In this document: positions 20,989 to 30,855 of the stretch, in pieces | How positions within the stretch are numbered: position 1 is the first letter of the stretch | How the letters are laid out: every line of letters starts with the position of its first letter | DNA from: an uncultured Verrucomicrobiae bacterium | GTDB taxonomy: Bacteria > Verrucomicrobiota > Verrucomicrobiia > Chthoniobacterales > Terrimicrobiaceae | NCBI GenBank assembly: GCA_963706955.1 | Contig: CAVPOC010000008.1 | Coordinates: forward strand, 608,001-672,000 | Direction of reading: 5' to 3' | DNA length: 64,000 nucleotides | The notes under the pieces: generated by a model | Databases searched by the model: none | What the model saw: the letters and a program-made list of their open reading frames with translations, nothing else | Told to the model about the DNA's origin: nothing | Translations under genes and position numbers: made by a program

Positions 20989-21113
20989 GTCCACGGTCAA
21001 GGCGTTCGCCATGGAAAGCGCGACAGCCGTCATCATGATTGCTGAAGGGGGTTGGAGAAAGGCGGTAGATTCTCCTGCGGCTTGACCGCCGGGACGACAG
21101 CGGGAATGCTCGG

Positions 21114-21866
21114 GTGATGCCCGCGGAGTTCATACTTGTGGACATCAGTAACTCATTCACGAAGGTTGCCTTTTCCGGCCGCGAGCGTCTTGGTCGCACC
21201 TTCCGCCTGCCTACTAACGAACTTACCGTCACTTCATTGCGCAGGATTCTGAGAGGTCGTAAGGCGAGACATGCCGTCGTCGCATCGGTTGTTCCGCCCC
21301 GCAACAGTATGGTGGCAAAGGCCCTTCCATCACCGATCTGCTGGGTAAATCACAAGATCCTCCTTGGGGTAGGCGTGGACTATCCAAAGCCAGAGACGAT
21401 CGGCGCCGACCGGCTCGCCAATGCCGCGGCCGCCGTCGTCCTCTACGGCTCGCCGTCTATCGTTGTGGACTTCGGAACGGCGGTCACTTTCGACGTTATC
21501 TCGCCAAAGGCAACATATGTTGGCGGGGTCATCGCCCCCGGGCTTGGAGCGATGACTGACTACTTACACCGTCGGACGGCGCTTCTGCCACGTGTCAAAC
21601 TTCGTGAACCGCATCGAGCCATTGGCCGCAATACAGCGGAAGCGATGCGGGCCGGGGCGGTCTATGGCTATCGGGGTCTTGTCTCCGAAATTCTGCGACA
21701 ACTTTTGAAGGAAATCCCATCCCAATTTCAGACGAACCTGATCGCCACCGGAGGCGATGCCAAGCTCATCGCCGGGAGCACAGGTCTTTTCTCCGCGATT
21801 GCGCCCGCCCTTACTCTGGAGGGACTTCGTCTCATTGGATGCCTAAATTTTCCCGCGCGAAGCTAG
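21114..21866 (+). CDS. coaX: Type III pantothenate kinase
   Basis: VDISNSFTK, IGADRLAN, VDFGTAVTFD, GGVIAPG, ATGG. Confidence 0.93.
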   Translation: MMPAEFILVDISNSFTKVAFSGRERLGRTFRLPTNELTVTSLRRILRGRKARHAVVASVVPPRNSMVAKALPSPICWVNHKILLGVGVDYPKPETIGADRLANAAAAVVLYGSPSIVVDFGTAVTFDVISPKATYVGGVIAPGLGAMTDYLHRRTALLPRVKLREPHRAIGRNTAEAMRAGAVYGYRGLVSEILRQLLKEIPSQFQTNLIATGGDAKLIAGSTGLFSAIAPALTLEGLRLIGCLNFPARS

Positions 21867-22665
21867 CTTTCGGCTCTTCAACGTCCAACGAAACAGCCGC
21901 CGCTGGAGCTTCCCGTCCGGACCGTTCCATCCCGCGCGGATCGTCGAGGCGAAGCAACTCCAGAGTTCCGTCATAGGTTTCCACTATCGCGGTGCAACTC
22001 TCGACCCAATCTCCAGTATTGTAATAAGTGACACCTTGGATCTCGCGAACCGCCGCCGTATGGATGTGCCCGCACAAGACTCCGTCAACCTCGAAATCGC
22101 GCGCGTAACGAACAATCGCCTCTTCAAACTGGCTGATAAAACCAACAACGTTTTTGACCTCGGCTTTGACGTAGGCGCTGAGTGACCAGTAGCCGAGTCC
22201 GCAACGCCGGCGGATAAAATTGACCACGCCATTGCCTCGCAGGAGGAGTCGATACCCTAGGTCGCCCACGTGGGCGAGCCAGCCAAGATTCTGCACCACC
22301 GTGTCTAGCTCGTCACCATGCATCACCAATAGTCGGCGTCCTGTCGCCGTCAGGTGAACAGCATTCCTTTGCAACGTGATGCTCCCATAATTTCCCTGAA
22401 AGCGCTCAAGGAACTCGTCATGATTTCCTACGATGTAGATTATCTCGGTGCCTTTACGCCCCTTGCGCAAAATCTTTTGAATGACGTCGTTGTGCTCTTG
22501 TGGCCAATAAATCGCCCGCCGCAATGCCCAAATGTCGATCAAATCCCCCACCAGATATAGGGTTTCGAATTCGGTCTCGCGCAGGAAATTCAAGAGGTCC
22601 GTCGCTCTGCTCCCTCGGGTCCCCAGATGCACGTCGGAGATCCAACCGGTTCGATAATAGGTCAT
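21832..22665 (-). CDS. LpxH2/PlcP-like metallophosphoesterase (UDP-2,3-diacylglucosamine diphosphatase family)
   Basis: ISDVHLG, LVGDLID, YWPQEHNDVIQKILRK, GNHD, HGD, CGHIH, YNTGDWVES. Confidence 0.88.
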   Translation of the reverse strand: MTYYRTGWISDVHLGTRGSRATDLLNFLRETEFETLYLVGDLIDIWALRRAIYWPQEHNDVIQKILRKGRKGTEIIYIVGNHDEFLERFQGNYGSITLQRNAVHLTATGRRLLVMHGDELDTVVQNLGWLAHVGDLGYRLLLRGNGVVNFIRRRCGLGYWSLSAYVKAEVKNVVGFISQFEEAIVRYARDFEVDGVLCGHIHTAAVREIQGVTYYNTGDWVESCTAIVETYDGTLELLRLDDPRGMERSGREAPAAAVSLDVEEPKASFARENLGIQ

Positions 22666-22674
22666 CAATATGGG

Positions 22675-22696
22675 AATTATTCACAAATTGTTCACA
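22675..22696. promoter_or_regulatory. 11-bp tandem direct repeat, candidate OmpR/PhoB-family operator
   Basis: AATTATTCACA AATTGTTCACA in an AT-rich divergent promoter region. Confidence 0.45.
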
Positions 22697-22807
22697 GTGC
22701 GATTTGCAATCAAACCGGTTTTTGTAACAATTCCGCCATACACGCCGATGGGTCGCCGAATTCCGCTCGAACCGGGGCGAGAAAACACATAGATTAACCG
22801 ATACGAC

Positions 22808-23359
22808 ATGACAGACGATTTCGAATGGTATTGCCTGCGGACGAAGCCTCGGAACGAGAGAATCACCAGCAGCATGCTCAAGGTAGAGACTGGGATCGAG
22901 GTGTTTTGTCCATTCGTACGTTTCGAGCGAGCTCGCCGCTCGGGCAAGCTTTGGGTAACCGAGGCCATGTTTCCTGGCTACGTTTTCGCCAGGTTTCGGT
23001 ATGTATCGCAAAACCGACACGTTCGCGCGGGGCGTGGGGTGGTCAAGATCGTCACCTTTGGAGATATTCCCGCGCGAGTGGCTCCGGAGATTATCGGCGA
23101 ACTGCGTAATGCGGTGCAGGATCAGGAGACAATCGTCATCGAGCCAGGCATAGAAGTCGGTGAAGAGGTCAACGTGATATCGGGACCATTTCGCGGATTG
23201 CGGGCCGTCGTCAGCCGCGTCATGCCAGCGCGCGAACGCGTCGCCGTCTTGCTTGAAGTTCTCGGCATGGAGCGCGAAGTGGAAGTCGCCTTTGACACGG
23301 TGATAGCTGATATTCCGCATCCAATGACACGGGCCTCCGCCCAGCAATCGCCCAGGTGA
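22808..23359 (+). CDS. NusG-paralogue transcription antiterminator (RfaH/UpxY-like)
   Basis: WYCLRTKPRNE, AMFPGYVFARF NGN domain; KOW motif GEEVNVISGPFRG. Confidence 0.9.
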   Translation: MTDDFEWYCLRTKPRNERITSSMLKVETGIEVFCPFVRFERARRSGKLWVTEAMFPGYVFARFRYVSQNRHVRAGRGVVKIVTFGDIPARVAPEIIGELRNAVQDQETIVIEPGIEVGEEVNVISGPFRGLRAVVSRVMPARERVAVLLEVLGMEREVEVAFDTVIADIPHPMTRASAQQSPR

Positions 23360-24207
23360 CCAGCCCGACGACCATTGCTCTCGACCTGGCTGCAGATGGC
23401 GTCACCAAATTAGATTTGCGTCACGAGGACTGCGTCGATGGCCTGAGATCGTTAGAGAATGAATCCGTCGACGTCATCGTCACTTCTCCTCCGTATAATA
23501 TCGATACAAAGTACAGGAGTTACAACGACCGTGGCGGCAGGAGCGAGTATCTGGATTGGTGTTGTTTGTGGGGAACGGAGCTCAGCCGCGTGCTCCGCGC
23601 TGAAGGCTCCCTTTTCCTCAATGTCGGAGCGACTCCTTCAAACCCCTTGTTGCCGCATCAGCTGGTGCTGAGATTCAGCGACTTTCTGGTCCTGCAGAAT
23701 ACAATCCATTGGATCAAGTCCATTTCGATTGCCTTGGAACGTGGAAGCCATTTTTCCCGGGGTCATTTCAAGCCAATCAAATCGCCGAAATTTTTAAACG
23801 GCTGTCAGGAGTTCCTCTTCCATTTTAGCAAGACCGGCGGGGTCAAGATCGATCGACTGAGCATAGGTGTGCCCTATCAGCACAAGTCCAATATTAAACG
23901 CTGGAACCACACGCAGGGGCGGGACAAACGGTGTCGTGGTAATACATGGTTTATCCCCTACAAGACGATCCACAATCGGGATAAGCAGCGGCCTCACCCG
24001 GCCACGTTTCCGGTGGAATTGGCGGAAAATTGTTTCCGCCTTCACGGCATCACCGCGCAGACGGTCGCGCTGGACCCTTTCCTGGGGCTTGGCAGCTCAG
24101 CGATCGCCGCCCGAAACTGTGGGATTCCCACCTTTATCGGCTTCGAGATCGATGACCACTATCTAGGCATCGCGGAGGAACGACTGTTAGGAGGTGGGAG
24201 CACATAA
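23356..24207 (+). CDS. Orphan beta-class N4-C/N6-A DNA methyltransferase
   Basis: VTSPPYN catalytic motif first, HPATFP, then LDPFLGLGSS SAM motif and GFEID. Confidence 0.9.
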   Translation: MTSPTTIALDLAADGVTKLDLRHEDCVDGLRSLENESVDVIVTSPPYNIDTKYRSYNDRGGRSEYLDWCCLWGTELSRVLRAEGSLFLNVGATPSNPLLPHQLVLRFSDFLVLQNTIHWIKSISIALERGSHFSRGHFKPIKSPKFLNGCQEFLFHFSKTGGVKIDRLSIGVPYQHKSNIKRWNHTQGRDKRCRGNTWFIPYKTIHNRDKQRPHPATFPVELAENCFRLHGITAQTVALDPFLGLGSSAIAARNCGIPTFIGFEIDDHYLGIAEERLLGGGST

Positions 24208-24319
24208 GAATGGCGTAAGACGCGCCGGCCCGCGTCCCATGCCGAGGCTTTGTCCCAGCGACCGGAGAAATCCCGTTGCGATAGGAGCTACAAATGCCAA
24301 TACTGTCCCCGGAGGCTCG

Positions 24320-25702
24320 ATGTTTGTTCCCCGCCTAGCCAGCTTCTGTTCCGCGCTGCTGTTGTGCGCGACAACTCCGTCGTCTGCTGCACAATCAGGG
24401 AGCGGCTTTGTTGTCCAGAAACGCGCAGGCGTGGTTTTCGTCAAACCACAGCCGTGGTCGAGGGATAGCGAGGCTACCGTGTTCGAGTTCCAAGCTTTTA
24501 TTAATCGGACGGCAGATGGCGGCTTCGGCGCAGGTTACTATGAGTTTCAGACGAAGAGCGCTGATCGTTGGCAGATCCCCACCGCACGCATCGTCAAGCT
24601 GGTCATCTACCCCGACGTTCAAGAATTCGGAGACATTGTCGGACAACAGGACCGACGCTTATTGGTTTCCGCGATCGAGGAATTGGACCGAGTTGCCGGT
24701 AAGTATCCCTCCTCGCGCCCTTATCTGGAACCTTCCATCGAAAAGCTTAATGACGAGATCGCGCAGTTCGACTCCGGCAACGTGAAAAGCCAGGGCGTCT
24801 GGATGTCCAGAGAAAGCTACATCAAACGCCTGGCAACGAAGCTTGCCGGTCAGTTGAAAGCAGAAATTGCCCGTGCCCAGCCGCCGAGTAGCATCAACCT
24901 GGAGGACGATCCCAAATTCATCAGTCTAAAGGATCTTGGCGGAACGAATGCGGATGCCCAGCGCCTCGCCACAGAGCTTTCAACGCATTTGGAGGCACTG
25001 GTGCGCGATGAAAGGCGCACGGATCTGCTGGGTAAGCTTGCCCGGCCATCCACCACATTGTCGGAGGCCAGGGTTATCGTGGAACAACTCAAAGCGCTGC
25101 GACCCCGTGAGGATCCCAAGGCCGCGGCCTTCGTAAAAACATGGGACTTCGGTCTCGCCGCCGCCGAAGCTGCGCGCGCCGAGGCGGACGAGATTTGTGC
25201 CGCGCTGGAACGAGAACTCGCAGACTTTAGCGCGGAGGGTCTGCCGACTATTTCCGCCGAGCTCGACAAGCAGATTTTTGCACTCAAGGGGAAAATCACG
25301 CGGTTCATGGCGACCAAGCCTCCCAGCCAACTCGTCGCCATCACTGAACGAGCCGCAGCCATCTGCGAGACAGAAGCGGATTTCACAAAACTGAAGGCCA
25401 TCTTTGTCGGAAAGCAATACCTCGAGGCGAAGGATGTCCTGGATGATTTGGCTGGACGAGCCGGACTTGTCGGTCCGGAAACCGTGCGCGTGGTTGCCAC
25501 CCTGCAAAGATCGACAGTCGAGAGAATCGAGGAATTCACGCGACTGAGAGCTGAAGGAAAACTGCTGGCCGAGTCCGGAAAGAAGCTCGAAGCGCTCGAA
25601 AAATTCGATGCGGCGTTCGCGGTTGTTCCGGATGCTGAGGTCGGCCAGCAAATTTCCCAACTCAAAGAGGAAGTCTCCGCGGTCTCTTCCAAAGTGCGAT
25701 GA
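24320..25702 (+). CDS. Exported, largely helical hypothetical protein with a TPR-like C-terminus
   Basis: GGAGG SD at 24311, signal-peptide-like N-terminus, long ORF. Confidence 0.75.
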   Translation: MFVPRLASFCSALLLCATTPSSAAQSGSGFVVQKRAGVVFVKPQPWSRDSEATVFEFQAFINRTADGGFGAGYYEFQTKSADRWQIPTARIVKLVIYPDVQEFGDIVGQQDRRLLVSAIEELDRVAGKYPSSRPYLEPSIEKLNDEIAQFDSGNVKSQGVWMSRESYIKRLATKLAGQLKAEIARAQPPSSINLEDDPKFISLKDLGGTNADAQRLATELSTHLEALVRDERRTDLLGKLARPSTTLSEARVIVEQLKALRPREDPKAAAFVKTWDFGLAAAEAARAEADEICAALERELADFSAEGLPTISAELDKQIFALKGKITRFMATKPPSQLVAITERAAAICETEADFTKLKAIFVGKQYLEAKDVLDDLAGRAGLVGPETVRVVATLQRSTVERIEEFTRLRAEGKLLAESGKKLEALEKFDAAFAVVPDAEVGQQISQLKEEVSAVSSKVR

Positions 25703-25743
25703 TTCGGCTTGAGACGGAGACGCCGCCGCCCATCATGCGGTGA

Positions 25744-26166
25744 ATGGAGAGCTCTGATCGCCTCACGATTTCCACTGAAGTCCAGGTCATGTATTTCGAC
25801 ACCGATGCTGCCGGTGTCGTGAATAATATCGCCTACCTGCGCTTCATCGAGACCGCCCGGACGCTGCTTGCCTTGAAAATGGGCATGAGCTTCAAGGAGA
25901 TCGCCCGCACGGGAATTCACCCTGTGGTGGTTCGCACTGAAATCGTTTACAAGAAAGCTGCTCTGCTCGGAGATGTCCTGACGATAAACGGCGGTATTGC
26001 AGAATCGTCCGGCGCTCGCTTTTGGGTAAATTTTGAAATCACCCGTCGCGAGGATGACCAGCTTCTAGTCACATGTCGCCAATCTCTGGCCCTCCTTCAG
26101 ATGCCCGAGGGCCGGCCGGTTCGCCTCCCCGTGGGTTTTCCGAACAAAGTATCCCTGGCGCCGTGA
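25744..26166 (+). CDS. Acyl-CoA thioesterase (YbgC/FadM hotdog family)
   Basis: DTDAAGVVNNIAYLRFIETAR. Confidence 0.9.
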   Translation: MESSDRLTISTEVQVMYFDTDAAGVVNNIAYLRFIETARTLLALKMGMSFKEIARTGIHPVVVRTEIVYKKAALLGDVLTINGGIAESSGARFWVNFEITRREDDQLLVTCRQSLALLQMPEGRPVRLPVGFPNKVSLAP

Positions 26167-27860
26167 GCACTCGAGGGGGCTGGCAACTGGCTCTGCTAAT
26201 CGCGCTGGCCTTCGCGCTGGCTGTCGGGACGGCGGGCTGGGGCAGTCTTTACAACGAGACCGATGGCCAATACGGAGGGGCTGCCAAAGTAATGGTGCGG
26301 AATGGATCGTGGTTGATTCCGGAGAATGACGGCATCCCACGGCTGGTCAAGCCACCTCTGCTTTATTGGGCGCTTGCCGCGTCGATGACGCTTTTTGGCG
26401 TGAACGAATTCGCGGCTCGCTTGCCGAACGCTTTGGCGGTGGTCGCCTGGGTGGCAATCACCTTCTTAATCGGACGGGAGATGGGCGGCACTTCTCGTGG
26501 TTTGCTCGCGGGTATCGTTCTGCTCACCTCAATGGGCACATTTACTCTTGGGCGTATCGTCATGCCCGAGCCAATGTTTTCAGCTTTGATCGCGGCGGCA
26601 CTCTACTGTGTGCTGCGCGGAGTTGATGATGTCGCGTGGCGCGCTGCATGGTTCCTCGGCTTCTGGTTCTTCGCCTCACTGGCGAGCTTCACGAAAGGGT
26701 GGCACGGCCTGCTTTATCCCCTCGCGATTACGGGAGTTGCCGCGCTGTTCCGCAGGGAAAACAGAATTAACCTTCGGGGATTAATCTCATGGCAGGGCGC
26801 TCTCCTCTTCTTGCTGATTAACCTTCCCTGGTACATTTACGTGGAGTTCCGCTTTCCTGGTTACCTTCACAATCTTCTGGTCGCGGAGCAGCTTGGTCAT
26901 GTGATTGGAGCAAGCACGCCTGCCACGCACTATGCGAACGTTCCGCGGTTGCAATTTCTGCTCCTGCAGCTGGCTTGGCTGTTTCCTTGGTCGCTGGCGA
27001 TACTTGCCGCCGTTCCGATCGCCACCAGGTCCGTGCTGCACCGTTGGCGTCTGCCGACGAGCTTTCCGAGTTTGGTCATCTTGGCTTGGTTCGCGGTAAT
27101 CCTCGGCTCGGTCTTAATTGCCGGACAGAGACAAGATTACTATGCGATGGCCATGTGGCCGACAGTTGCGCTAACGGTGGCGTGGCTGATGGAACGCTTA
27201 CGCATTCAGCCCTTGTTGGCAGCATCCGCCCTCCTCTTTGCCGTCGCTTTGGCCGCGGCGAATTCGATGCCGAGCATCGCCGAGGACCCTGCTTCCGTAG
27301 CCCTGGTTGAGCGAGCCACCGCCTGGGCAACGCTCGCCAGTTTCGACCGCGCGATTTGGGCTGCCCTCCAGACAACGGCGTGGCTCTCCCTCGGCGGAGC
27401 CGTGCTTTGCGTCCTTTTCGGGCTTTTCGGCTGGCGGCCCACCATCAAGGTGGGAGCCATCGTCGCTTCCGCAGTCTGCCTGGATCTGGGCGCGGTTAGC
27501 GGGACGGCGCTCGTTTCGCCCTACTTTTCGTTGGCGACCGTGGCGGCCGATATTTCCGAGCGAACTCCGATCGTCTACGACGGGGGCATCGATACAGCCA
27601 GCAGCTTGTTATTTTACAGCGATTCACCCGTCATCCTCCTTGATCAGGATCCGAACGATGATTTCGTCGTCCGAAAGTTTGGAATTGGCCGCGACCGATA
27701 CCTGACTAGCTCGGAATTTGTGGCCTTTTGGAAATCTGCCAGTCGAACCGTATTCATTACCGATGAGAGCAAACTGGCGGGTTGGCAAGAGGTCCTCGGC
27801 GTGGCCTTGGATCGCGCAGCGCAGAGTGGCACGCAGATCCTCGTCAAGAAAACGCCGTAA
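26163..27860 (+). CDS. ArnT/GT39-like GT-C membrane glycosyltransferase
   Basis: ETDGQY, KPPLLYW, EFAARLP, TKG, LPWY; many TM helices; GTGA overlap. Confidence 0.87.
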   Translation: MSTRGGWQLALLIALAFALAVGTAGWGSLYNETDGQYGGAAKVMVRNGSWLIPENDGIPRLVKPPLLYWALAASMTLFGVNEFAARLPNALAVVAWVAITFLIGREMGGTSRGLLAGIVLLTSMGTFTLGRIVMPEPMFSALIAAALYCVLRGVDDVAWRAAWFLGFWFFASLASFTKGWHGLLYPLAITGVAALFRRENRINLRGLISWQGALLFLLINLPWYIYVEFRFPGYLHNLLVAEQLGHVIGASTPATHYANVPRLQFLLLQLAWLFPWSLAILAAVPIATRSVLHRWRLPTSFPSLVILAWFAVILGSVLIAGQRQDYYAMAMWPTVALTVAWLMERLRIQPLLAASALLFAVALAAANSMPSIAEDPASVALVERATAWATLASFDRAIWAALQTTAWLSLGGAVLCVLFGLFGWRPTIKVGAIVASAVCLDLGAVSGTALVSPYFSLATVAADISERTPIVYDGGIDTASSLLFYSDSPVILLDQDPNDDFVVRKFGIGRDRYLTSSEFVAFWKSASRTVFITDESKLAGWQEVLGVALDRAAQSGTQILVKKTP

Positions 27861-27908
27861 GAATCTTGGTTTCGCAGACCGTCTAGATCATGTTTATTCA
27901 CTCGCCAT

Positions 27909-28829
27909 ATGGAAAATGTGATCATCGTTGGGACGGGATGCGCCGGACTAACCGGCGCGATATACGCCGCCCGCGCCAACCTTTCACCTCTGGTCCTTGA
28001 AGGTCGGCAACCGGGAGGCCAACTGACGACTACCACGGCCGTGGAAAATTATCCCGGCTTTCCGGACGGAGTCGACGGGCCTGATCTCATTCTGCGGATG
28101 CATCAACAGGCCGAGAAGTTTGGGGCTCGGTTCGAATACGGCACAGTGGAAGATTTCGAACATGTCGACACACACAGCAGGATCAAAGTGGATGGCCACT
28201 GGCGCGACACGAAGGCGTTGATCGTCGCCAGCGGCGCTTCTCCTCGTTACCTCGGTCTGGATCGTGAAAAGGAATTGATCGGACATGGGCTCACCTCCTG
28301 TGCGACGTGCGATGGCGCCTTCTACCGCAACGTGCCCGTTTGCGTTGTTGGAGGGGGAGATTCCGCGTGCGAAGAGGCAATTTTCCTGACCCGATTCGCC
28401 TCACGGGTCTATCTAATCCACCGGCGCAACGAATTGCGCGCCTCGAAGATCATGGCCGACCGGACGCTCGCCAACCCAAAAATCGAACCGATCTGGGATA
28501 CGGTGATCACCGAGTATCTGAAGGACGATGCCGGCGAAATGCGGGCAGTAAGACTTAAGAACGTCAAGACGGGCGCGTCTAGCGAACTCGAAGTCAAATG
28601 TGTTTTTATTGCTATTGGCCATGTGCCCAATACTTCTCCATTTCAAGACAAGCTCGACATGGACGAAAATGGCTACCTCATCCAGCGAAACGGCACCCAC
28701 ACGAATCTCGCCGGTGTTTTTGCTGCCGGTGACGTCGCAGATCATGTCTATCGCCAAGCTATCACGGCGGCAGGTGAGGGGTGTGCCGCCGCAATGGATG
28801 CTGAACGCTGGCTTTCAGAACAAGAGTAA
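27909..28829 (+). CDS. trxB: Thioredoxin reductase
   Basis: GGQLTTT, VENYPGF, CATCDG, GGGDSACEEA, YRQAITAAG. Confidence 0.97.
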   Translation: MENVIIVGTGCAGLTGAIYAARANLSPLVLEGRQPGGQLTTTTAVENYPGFPDGVDGPDLILRMHQQAEKFGARFEYGTVEDFEHVDTHSRIKVDGHWRDTKALIVASGASPRYLGLDREKELIGHGLTSCATCDGAFYRNVPVCVVGGGDSACEEAIFLTRFASRVYLIHRRNELRASKIMADRTLANPKIEPIWDTVITEYLKDDAGEMRAVRLKNVKTGASSELEVKCVFIAIGHVPNTSPFQDKLDMDENGYLIQRNGTHTNLAGVFAAGDVADHVYRQAITAAGEGCAAAMDAERWLSEQE

Positions 28830-28933
28830 AAGCCTGTCGCCCCAACCAGAGCACGCTAGTTCCAGATCGTGAAAGAGGTGCCCATGGCCAATAATATCGA
28901 TGTTAACAAGAGGCGATTACCCCCGCTGCTGCC

Positions 28934-30106
28934 GTGAAAATTTGCGACCTCACGCAGTTCTACTCACCAGTGAGCGGAGGCGTGCGGCGCTACGTAGAGC
29001 AGAAGGTGGCTTTCGTGCGCAAGGCACGCCCCGACTTCCAGCATATTCTGGTTGTCCCGGGGGAGGCCACTACCTGCACCGGTGACGACATTTCCCGCGT
29101 CTACACGATCGCTTCGCCCCTCATTTCTAGGACATCTCGTTACCGCGCTCTCCTCAAGCTTCACCTCGTTGAAGAAGTCCTGGAACGGGAAAAGCCGGAC
29201 ATCATCGAATCGGGCGACCCTTATCAACTCGCTTGGAAAGCGATCGCCTCAGGGCGCGGGCTCGATATCCCCGTAGTAGGCTTCTACCATTCTCACTTTC
29301 CCGAGGCTTATATTCGCTCGGTCGCCAAATACTTTGGATCGATCGCCATCGCCATTGCCGAAGACGCCAGCCGTCGCTACGTAAGAAGTCTTTATAACAG
29401 CCTGGAGCGCACCTTCGTCCCGAGCCCAGTTCTTGCATCGCTCCTGCGCGATTGGGGCGTCGAGCGCGTTGTCAGCATTGACTTGGGAGTGGATGCCGAG
29501 GTGTTCTGTCCGAATGGTGGTCCTTCCAGAGTCTTGCGACGGGAACTCCGGATTCCCGACGAACGTCGACTGCTTCTCTACGTCGGGCGCCTGGCGTCAG
29601 AGAAGAATGTCCGCACTCTTTTTGGGGCTTTTGAAATTCTCCACCGAAAGACGCCTTACAAATACCATTTGCTGGCCGTCGGGGATGGCGCACTCCGACC
29701 AGCATTGGTGCGACTGCGCCGGGAAACTCAGTCGGTGACGTGGCTGCAATACTGCAGGGAACCGGCCGAATTGGCCTCCGTTTACCGCACATCAGACCTC
29801 TTCGTTCATCCTGGCATTCAGGAAACCTTTGGGCTGGTCACGCTCGAGAGTCAGGCATGCGGAACGCCCGTCGTCGGCATCCGCGGCAGCTATATGGACC
29901 GCATCATCTTTTCGAATCAACGCCATTGGGCAGCCGAAAACACACCATACTCCCTGGCGGATGCGATCGAGGCCAAATTCAGCGAAGACTTGCGCGAGAC
30001 CGGGCTGCTCGCGAGCAGGGCCGCGCGGGAGCACTATTCGTGGAATGTCGTCTTCGAGCGTATCTTTTCCTTCTACGAGGAGGTCATTGACTCCTTCACT
30101 AAGTAG
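28934..30106 (+). CDS. GT4 family glycosyltransferase
   Basis: FYSPVSGGVRRY, YVGRLASEKN, ETFGLVTLESQACGTPVV. Confidence 0.9.
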   Translation: MKICDLTQFYSPVSGGVRRYVEQKVAFVRKARPDFQHILVVPGEATTCTGDDISRVYTIASPLISRTSRYRALLKLHLVEEVLEREKPDIIESGDPYQLAWKAIASGRGLDIPVVGFYHSHFPEAYIRSVAKYFGSIAIAIAEDASRRYVRSLYNSLERTFVPSPVLASLLRDWGVERVVSIDLGVDAEVFCPNGGPSRVLRRELRIPDERRLLLYVGRLASEKNVRTLFGAFEILHRKTPYKYHLLAVGDGALRPALVRLRRETQSVTWLQYCREPAELASVYRTSDLFVHPGIQETFGLVTLESQACGTPVVGIRGSYMDRIIFSNQRHWAAENTPYSLADAIEAKFSEDLRETGLLASRAAREHYSWNVVFERIFSFYEEVIDSFTK

Positions 30107-30181
30107 AAGACATGCCTCCGAGCAAGCCGCTGCTCTCTTTTCCATTTACCCCGCGCCATTGGCGACCTAGCTTTTCGCATC

Positions 30182-30829
30182 ATGCCTCCTGGAGTTGTTG
30201 TCCGCAATTTTGAGCGACGCGATCGGGACGACGTCCGTTTTCTATGCTGCCAGACAGGTTTCCTGGGCAAACCTATCGACCCGGTATTTCAAGATCGCGA
30301 GCTCTTCGCCGATTATCTGACAAGCTACTATACGGATCTGGAACCAGAATCGTGTTTTGTCCTCGAGCAGAACGGCCGTGTAGTTGGCTACCTCTTGGGC
30401 TCGCGAAAGCCTTACCGGCAACAGATTCACAGTTTCTTTCAGAATATTCGCCTATTCATCCGCGGCATCAGTAGATACCCGGGCTACAATCGACCTACAC
30501 GCGATTTCATCGGCTGGATCCTTCGCAACTCCTGGCGCGAAGTCCCTGCGGCGCCGCGACGGATCGCGCATTTCCATTTCAACGTTCTTCCCGAAGCGCA
30601 AAGTGTCGCCGGAACCGGCGCGATGATGAACGCCTACTTCGACTATCTGCGCTCAAAAGGTGAGAAAGCCGTCTTCGGACAGGTGGTCACCTTCGAATCG
30701 CGTCGCGGCGCAAAAGTGTTCGAGCGTTATGGCTTTCGCGTGGTCGAGAAGCGGGAGATAACAAAGTGGCGCGACAAGCATCCTGAGCCTGTCTATCTGA
30801 CGACCGTCATCAAGCAACTCACCTCGTGA
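30182..30829 (+). CDS. GNAT family N-acetyltransferase
   Basis: VVGYLLG, AHFHFNVLPEAQ...G acetyl-CoA motif, FERYGF. Confidence 0.75.
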   Translation: MPPGVVVRNFERRDRDDVRFLCCQTGFLGKPIDPVFQDRELFADYLTSYYTDLEPESCFVLEQNGRVVGYLLGSRKPYRQQIHSFFQNIRLFIRGISRYPGYNRPTRDFIGWILRNSWREVPAAPRRIAHFHFNVLPEAQSVAGTGAMMNAYFDYLRSKGEKAVFGQVVTFESRRGAKVFERYGFRVVEKREITKWRDKHPEPVYLTTVIKQLTS

Positions 30830-30855
30830 AAGACTTCCCGTGAGGTGAGTCTAAG

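Noticed and set aside
23356..25702. Restriction-modification system (MTase plus downstream ORF as endonuclease)
   Set aside because: The downstream ORF has a signal-peptide-like start and no recognisable PD-(D/E)xK or HNH motif.
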